In this document: one piece after another, positions 53,901 through 60,000 of the stretch | Position numbering within the stretch: the first letter of the stretch is position 1 | Layout: every line of letters starts with the position of its first letter | From: Schmidtea polychroa | Lineage: Eukaryota | NCBI GenBank assembly: GCA_044892525.1 | Contig: CM097885.1 | Coordinates: forward strand, 7,442,001-7,502,000 | DNA: 60,000 nucleotides | Reading direction: 5' to 3' | The notes under the pieces: model-generated | What the model was told of the DNA's origin: nothing | The model's database searches: none | What the model saw: only the letters and a program-made list of their open reading frames with translations | Translations under genes and position numbers: made by a program

Positions 53901-56900
53901 TCGACTGATTGTAGGCAAGCTTAGAGTCACATTATGTCTTTCTTAAATTATATTTTTGACCTCGTTTTGAACATGCGAATTTTCGATCGCAAAAGAGTTG
54001 AAAATGGTCTGTTCTACTTCTGAGAAATTGTTGTTTCTGGTGAAGATTGCGTTGGACCTTTTCTCTGCAGCAGGAACAAAAGGTTCATTATTTTCGTGCT
54101 GTCTTATTATTTTCCCGACAGTATTTCTCTCTAGACTTACTATTCTGCTGATCTCAGCTATACTATGTTGATTTGTTGCATATAAAGTGCAAACCAAATC
54201 AAATACTTCTCGAGTTACGGTTTTTGTTGTTTTCCTCTCCATTTATAAAATTAATTAAGTTTTTAAGATTTTTATTTAATAATTTTGTTTCAACGATTTA
54301 TTTATTTAATTAAGAAAGAATAACCTATTATTTGTATATTCACATGATTAAATATATTTTGTCATGAATTTAAATAATATCAATTTCATGGGAATATAAG
54401 AATGAAAACACGGGAATATTAAAATGAAAACATGGGAATATAATAATGAAAATTATAACCGATGAAGATTTTATAAAATTTATTGCCTTAATTAACTAAA
54501 AAGTCATTGAATAAGATTTTCGTCAAATTTTTAGTTTTTTTAATTAATTTTTGACAATTTATTTCAAAAGATTGTATAATACAAGAAAATTGGCAAAATA
54601 TACATTTTGACATTTTTGGTTTTATTTAGGCTAGTTTTTAAAATATAATCCTAAATTTGCTCTAGATATCGTTATTACACCATTTACATATTCAATCTGT
54701 TATAAGCAGACAAATGTGTGCACTGCGCATATATATTTTAGTTACATGTAGTCAGAACCACGGGACAAATGGAAAACAAATCTGGTTCTCTTCACATTCT
54801 TTAAAATCACAAATGAGTACAGAATTTTAGTTTAATTGTGCTTTAGTGTGTTTTTTATTTGACCATAAAATATGTTAGGTAAATATAAGATTCAATTTGA
54901 AAATGGTGTATCATTTATTAAATGTAACTATAACAAACCATTACAAATAAATAAAACAAAATAAATTTTTCAAATCCACGACTAAAATTGTGAAATTAGA
55001 AATTTTTAATGAATATTTCTTTGAAAATAATTGTAACACATCAGAAGAATTTCATTGTAATTAATATCACACGCTTTATTTGTACAAAACCATTTATCGT
55101 GTCCAATAACTTGAGATTGAGCCATGATTGAATTTGAAACATTGGATAATTGTTCAACACTTCGGGCCTATACATATTTATTTTTCATTCTCAAACTTTA
55201 TTTACATGTTATCACTAACATATTTTGTATTTTATTTTCTGTAATCTTGATAAATAGATTTTCATCTATCAGTGTGACCTTGAAATTAATTTTGTTAACT
55301 TCTTTTTATTATTAAAAGTTTAAAACAATTAAATAATAATTTAAGCCTTTTGCTGAGAATATATATTAATATAAATGTAAATATTTTCGACTATAAGATA
55401 CCCTTTTTAATTTCAGTTAAAAGTTTAATCTGAAACATCATGAACAATTAATTGACTTATTTTTAAGCTTTAATGAAAATTTATATTAAATATTAATTAG
55501 AACACCAGATAAACATAGTCAAATTAAAATCAATTATATTTTACTAATTAAAATAACCACATGCAAAGGCGTAAGTGGGTTTTCGACGCCCTTGGCTAAT
55601 TTATTTTTGGCGCCTTGACAAATTGACAAATTTCAGCTTTGCAACTTTTTCAATTGTTAGATAAAAATAATTGAATTTATCTTATTTTATTTATGACAAA
55701 ACTTACTTAGTCTGACAGTGACAGTCATACAACGTGGATATCAAAAATGCAAAAGACAGGAACAATACTAATTTCCAGTTTATTATTTACTAAATAATAC
55801 TAAATAAATTGGCTGATAAAATTGGATATTTTTTGCGTTAATACAGACTACAGCAATTCTTGAAGTATCATGTATTATAATTTATGGGTCATCCGTGTCT
55901 AACTTTTAAGGAATATATTTATTTTTGGATAATGAATTTAATTAATTACTTGTTTATTCTTATTAAGAATTGATTAATTGATTTCAGTTACTAAAAATCT
56001 AAAATCTAAAGTATTAATAACATTCAATTAATTCTTAAATCGCTTGCGAAACACGACAACTTTACAACAAGTGCAGACTGTACAGTTTTGTTGATTTTTT
56101 TCCCTTCCAGTTCCGGTCTACTGCAGTGCTGTTAATAAAATCATATTAAAATTTATATGATAAGAGGCAACACAAAGGCAACAAACATATTAAAAAAATA
56201 TTATAATGGTTTAAATGAAATATATTTAAATAAAATTAATTATTAGCATTTTTGTTATCGAGGATAAAAGTGAAATATCCATTTAAATAAAACTTTAAAA
56301 ATTAGAGATTTATCAGCGCCCTTGGCAACTGCCCCAATACCAAGTCGTTGTTACGCCACTGCCCGGAAGTCAAAAAAATAAAAATTATCAATTATATACA
56401 CATAATAATTAATCCAAATTGTTCTTATTATATTTTTCCATTGGCCAATTTCAACAACCATTTAACAAATAAGCCGCCATTAATATCTTTTGAGTATCCA
56501 GCTCTCATTTTTTTTGTAAGTGTTAGTTTTTTGAATAGATATAATAGATATAATTAATAGCAAGAGTACCCAGAGATGATATAAAGTCATTTTCAGGATA
56601 TGTTGGACCTATGATCCAGATAAGGGATGAACAAGCATATTACAAATTTAAAGATTTTCTATGGGTCGCCTAAAATAAACGTATTTAAATATGAAAGCTA
56701 TATGATAAAAATACGCAGTCTCTTTATTAACAATATGAACATAATAATAACCCTATAAAAATTATACAAATAAAAATATACAAAAAAACTTTAAAAAACA
56801 GCAAAGAATAATTATTATTGGAAAGAAATCATAAACAAATTTTATTGAGAAGTTTGGCATTGTTTCTTTGCAGATCAAGACGATGTTGCAGCTCACATGC

Positions 56901-56980
56901 AGCTTTCCAATCAAATGCCATTTAGCCTCGATCGGCTGTTGCTTTTAATTTTTTCACCTATATTATAGATTTTTCTTCTT

Positions 56981-57011
<31 letters not shown>

Positions 57012-57149
57012 AGATTGTATATAATTAATACAATTAATAAATTTGTTTAAAATCCTTAATTTCTATAATTATTATATCCTACCAGATGATCGCAGAAAAA
57101 CTGTCAAAATATATCTAGAAACGAATGTTTGAGTGGACGCTTTCTTAAA

Positions 57150-57232
<83 letters not shown>

Positions 57233-57526
57233 CATTATTATTAATCTATACAGGCTGGAAATGATCCAACTGTGGTCCGCCCCATGGGAATGATGTCAAC
57301 ATTGAATGTAAATCTTGGGAGTCATGTTTCAATTCGAAGAGCTAGTCAACTATCTGGACAGCAGACATTGGGTAGAAGGAATTATCCAACTCGTTCATCA
57401 AATGCTAACGTCGGTGAAAATATGAATAGAAATGAAAAGCCCATGGCAATTGCCCAAGGAGGGGTCATGAATACGGGATATGATAATTCCGATAACCCTC
57501 CAACATATAGCAATACACACATATAA
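30269..57526 (+). CDS. Ir25a: IR25a-like ionotropic receptor (iGluR superfamily), 15 exons, ~930 aa
   Basis: Phase-consistent GT-AG exons: 30269-30344, 31033-31158, 39178-39435, 41259-41428, 43496-43681, 43736-43903, 43986-44192, 44248-44660, 49129-49253, 49303-49511, 49562-49768, 52142-52293, 52679-52776, 52834-52958, 57254-57526 (2793 bp). Signal peptide, ATD, S1 (ITSERERVVDFSIPYYD), M1-M3 (SPFSFQN, KESMWF, YTANL), IR25a/IR8a-type S2 insert (YFYRM...W...WKYPIEERYTNM), M4. iGluR family is secure; IR25a orthology rests on motif recall. Confidence 0.88.
30368..30558. mobile_element. Small fold-back MITE, MULE-like
   Basis: ggcgcggacaataa...gcgca versus tgcgctcttattgttcgcgcc inverted arms in intron 1. 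Confidence 0.45.
31623..32599. mobile_element. Non-autonomous TIR element with CAC termini and TA flanks
   Basis: Perfect inverted termini ta-CACCTAACCGCGAAA / TTTCGCGGTTAGGTG-ta; interior resembles 37362-38233 in reverse. Confidence 0.75.
32617..32866. mobile_element. hAT (Charlie-type) MITE, 250 bp
   Basis: CAGGGGTAGGCAACC...GGTTGCCGACCCCTG; perfect 8-bp TSD ctctatat. Confidence 0.93.
34225..34767 (-). rRNA. 28S rRNA 3'-region fragment (pseudogene) in intron 2
   Basis: Reverse complement contains GATGTCGGCTCT, GGGAACGTGAGCTGGGTTTA, the sarcin-ricin loop AGTACGAGAGGAACC and ACTGAACGCCTCTAAGTC; isolated, with substitutions at normally conserved sites. Confidence 0.93.
36186..36895 (+). mobile_element. 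LTR remnant related to family A
   Basis: Starts tgttgaggatacctaa; A/G-rich body; right boundary uncertain. Confidence 0.5.
36900..37240 (-). pseudogene. hAT transposase BED zinc-finger fragment
   Basis: KYFDKCGKNAAATCKLCRKILSCKGSTKSSSIRHLENVH. Confidence 0.75.
37362..38233. mobile_element. Non-autonomous TIR element with CAC termini, related to 31623-32599
   Basis: ta-CACCAAACACCACTGA / TCAGTGGGGTTTGGTG-ta; shares internal blocks (e.g. aagaacttgaataatgatctcata) with 31623-32599 in opposite orientation. Confidence 0.7.
39674..40348. mobile_element. hAT (Charlie-type) MITE containing two (TA)n tracts
   Basis: CAGGGGTTTCCAACC...GGTTGGGCATCCCTG; TSD atttagac/atatagac; (TA)n at ~39806-39875 and ~40196-40271. 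Confidence 0.85.
41630..42530 (+). mobile_element. LTR family A copy in intron 4
   Basis: Aligns to the reverse complement of 3092-3815; ends aacccaataacccaaca; AATAAA near 42431. Confidence 0.65.
45074..45618 (+). mobile_element. Non-autonomous Helitron
   Basis: A|TCTAAATATATAAA start, (gttt)n, degenerate GC-rich 3' hairpin cgggagaagccggg, CTAG|T end; inserted between A and T with no TSD. Confidence 0.85.
45790..46340 (-). pseudogene. Degraded retroelement-like coding fragment
   Basis: Coding-like composition with broken frames (ORF 45834..46082); family not identifiable. Confidence 0.25.
46572..47893 (-). mobile_element. 5'-truncated Penelope-like element (RT C-terminus + GIY-YIG) bounded by inverted 45-bp arms in TAA repeats
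   Basis: Frameshifted CFRKNIVY...CKEIYIGSTLRTLHQRVKEHL...SSVNRH...FKEAILI...KIN within ~47100-47815; arms 46572-46617 and 47818-47862. Confidence 0.85.
50341..51681 (-). mobile_element. Probable solo LTR, family B (~1.34 kb)
   Basis: TGTTG...CAACA termini; flanks gaag/gagg; internal ~70-bp direct repeat (~50382, ~50847) and 20-bp ctcgggtttgccactgg repeats. Confidence 0.6.
51770..51985 (+). mobile_element. Helentron/DINE-like non-autonomous fragment
   Basis: 17-bp inverted repeat 51807-51823 / 51891-51907 around tgccaaatttcagctcaatccg, followed by an acatac-type tract. Confidence 0.5.
53075..54460 (-). mobile_element. IS630/Tc1-like DD34E transposon with two in-frame stops
   Basis: ORFs 53943..54242 and 53331..53930 are in one frame; FLDETGFN, MDNARIHK, SPELNPIE give D-34-E spacing; termini are inverted 22-bp tandem units catgttttcatt(a/c)ttatattcc. 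Confidence 0.9.
55564..56361. mobile_element. Degraded hAT (Tip100-type) MITE
   Basis: caaaggcgtaa...gttacgccactg termini with cgcccttggc subterminal motifs; TSD not retained. Confidence 0.55.
57076..57150 (+). pseudogene. Degenerate hammerhead ribozyme module
   Basis: Homologous to 58724-58797 but core reads CAGATGA and AAAA; followed by (TTA)n at 57151-57243. Confidence 0.7.
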
Positions 57527-57829
57527 AAATAACTTGATATCAAACTGATTGCACAATGATATTTGTAAAATGCACATTTACATGATAGAAAACTTTATTT
57601 CCCATGATTTCCTTTTTCTGAATGACCATTGTCATAGATATAGTTTTTTCTCTGACCTTTACTTCATTTTCAATCATTTCCTGAATTGTTATTATTCTGA
57701 ATATATTATCATATTATTTCTCTTTAATATTAATTATTAATGATAATTTTACATTATATTTTTACTTTGCAATTTTCTGGCTTTATATAATTGTTGAGAA
57801 TAGTAGGCATTCCTACACTTGGTCGGCCT

Positions 57830-58500
57830 TGCATTTTATCATAACTAATAATATCATTTGTATATTTTCTCTTTCTCTTTCAACAAAATCCTTTTTTGTG
57901 AATCTGTTCACTTTCCTTATTACATTATTTTCCTCTTCCGTTACCTCTGTATCTTTCACATCTTTTTCTATAATATGTGATATTTTACTTTTATTATAAT
58001 AATTAATAATTTGGGAGTCAGCATTACTGTTTAATACACTGCCCCGACTATCTCTTCTTCTATCGGGGCATTGATATTTGGGTATTCTCTGTATTTATCT
58101 TCTATTCTTTCATCACTTGGTTCTTCTATGAATGCTACGTATCTCTTGTCTGCTTCTCTTGTTTTCTTTCTCCTTCCTTGATAACCATTCCCTGCTTCGT
58201 ATCGTTCTTGTTGTCCTCCAAATTTTTATTGATTCTCCGATATCTCATTCTATCCAAATATGTGTAACAATGTGCCTCTTTATGACCTCCCAAGCTACAC
58301 CTTTGGCAATCTTTCCTTATTACATTTGATATTTTGGTCAACTCCTGTATATATCTCTCTGATCTGTTTGTCGATCAGTAATTCGATCATCACTTCTTGT
58401 CTAGTAGTAGGCATTTGTGAGGCGTTGATAAAATCATTGAATCCGACAATTAATGTGCAGAATGCAGTAAATACTTGTGTTTTAAATGTTTTTTTTAATA
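57830..58500 (-). pseudogene. Degraded K/E-rich ORF with one CCHC zinc knuckle
   Basis: CQRCSLGGHKEAHC in ORF 58135..58341; flanking frames broken. Confidence 0.6.
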
Positions 58501-58727
58501 TAAGTTTTTTTTATAATGAATGTATTGATTGTTGTATTAAATTAAATAATTAATAAAAATTTTTAAATTATTAAATTAAATTTTGAATGCTAAATTTTAA
58601 AAAAATAATATATTAATTTAAGTATAATTTTTTAAAAATAATTAAATGTTTTTATAAAATTAAAAAATTGTTTATATATAATTAATAAATTTGTTTAAAA
58701 TCGTTAATTTAATTAGTTATTATATCC

Positions 58728-58766
58728 CACCTGATGATGACAGAAAAACTGTCGAAATATATCGTG
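58728..58766 (+). ncRNA. Minimal type-I hammerhead ribozyme (Penelope-like-element type)
   Basis: cac-CTGATGA-t-GACAG-aaaaa-CTGTC-GAAA-tata-TC-gtg: intact core, 5-bp helix II, palindromic TATA helix III loop, AUC triplet (cleavage after 58763), 3-bp helix I. Confidence 0.8.
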
Positions 58767-58796
58767 AAAAGAATGTTTGATTGGCCTTATCTTATA

Positions 58797-59186
<390 letters not shown>

Positions 59187-59357
59187 TAATATTATTATTA
59201 TCATTGTTGTTGTTTTAGTAATAGATAGGAAGTATTGCATAGTTTAACATGAAACTTAGTAATCCATTTCAAGTACAATTTGACCTTGGCCCATCATTGA
59301 ACCTGCCATTTTTCATATAAAATTTATGAACGTTTAAACAAATTTAATTGATAAAAA

Positions 59358-60000
59358 ATGAATGATACTTACAATGATGGGCTAATTGAATGTACCTTGA
59401 TGATAGGTGCAAATGAATTGACGGGCCTCAAACCAACCAGGAATACATTTGTAAATACCGATCCATCCGGCACTGCCTCATATCAGCATAACATTTTAGC
59501 AGTATTATCCGCAAACGTGGCTGTGTTTCCGTTCTCCAAAGATTTACCTAATTATCCCCCAGAGGAATTTAAACCAATAAACCTGTTTAAACCCGCTGAT
59601 GATACAAAATCCCCCAATGCCAGACAAACAAACAAAGATAATTTGGAATTTATTTGTGATCTAGTAGCTCAGTATAACAAACCAAGCACCCGGGATAACA
59701 ATTTCGATCTAAATCTTGCTGTCAGCATGAATCGTCGGACTTCAAGACTTCAAAGTCGCAGAAAGAGCTGTAAACACATAACAATCGACAACTACAAAGG
59801 CTCGTTTGGTTCGATCTCCAACGAAACGATTAAGTCCTTTCCAGGAACTTATTTCAACAACAATTTAAAAGTTTATAAGAGTTATAATGAACCGAGAATT
59901 GAATATTTCCCAATGACAGATAATCTGGGCAATCGGTCTTATGCTTTTAGATTGGAGTTCTATCGACACTTCCAAATGAAAACCATCCCGTCTGTTGACA
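59358..60000 (+). CDS. DENND3: DENN-domain protein N-terminus (uDENN; DENND3-like), runs off window
   Basis: Stop-free 214 codons from ATG 59358: MNDTYNDGLIECTLMIGA...YFPMTDNLGNRSYAFRLEFYRH, resembling recalled DENND3 motifs GLLELCALLGA and LTDxxGNRTYG...YYR. Not in the ORF track because no stop lies in the window. Confidence 0.65.
   Translation, partial: MNDTYNDGLIECTLMIGANELTGLKPTRNTFVNTDPSGTASYQHNILAVLSANVAVFPFSKDLPNYPPEEFKPINLFKPADDTKSPNARQTNKDNLEFICDLVAQYNKPSTRDNNFDLNLAVSMNRRTSRLQSRRKSCKHITIDNYKGSFGSISNETIKSFPGTYFNNNLKVYKSYNEPRIEYFPMTDNLGNRSYAFRLEFYRHFQMKTIPSVD

Overview
AT-rich eukaryotic genomic DNA with long (TAA)n/(TTA)n tracts, 45-55 bp micro-introns and dense transposon debris; the style suggests a planarian flatworm (inference). 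Host genes I could reconstruct by hand: the last exon of a PQ-loop protein (SLC66A2/PQLC1-like), a complete 5-exon RPA2 that the ORF track misses, an intronless WDR13, a 15-exon ~930-aa IR25a-like ionotropic receptor spanning 30.3-57.5 kb, and the start of a DENND3-like ORF running off the right edge. Mobile content includes a FLYWCH-MULE, a hAT with perfect TIR/TSD, several hAT MITEs, Tc1/IS630-like elements, a Helitron, a Penelope-like (GIY-YIG) fragment, TGTTG...CAACA LTR remnants, gag zinc-knuckle fragments and a 28S rRNA pseudogene fragment. The most unusual signals are (i) a minimal type-I hammerhead ribozyme with an intact core next to a (TTA)n tract, with a core-mutated sister copy inside a sense-strand intron of the receptor gene, and (ii) a family of fold-back modules with a one-sided ~30-nt tail that sit in TAA microsatellites, one of which brackets the Penelope-like coding fragment. 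All calls come from manual reading and recall of family motifs; no database search was run.
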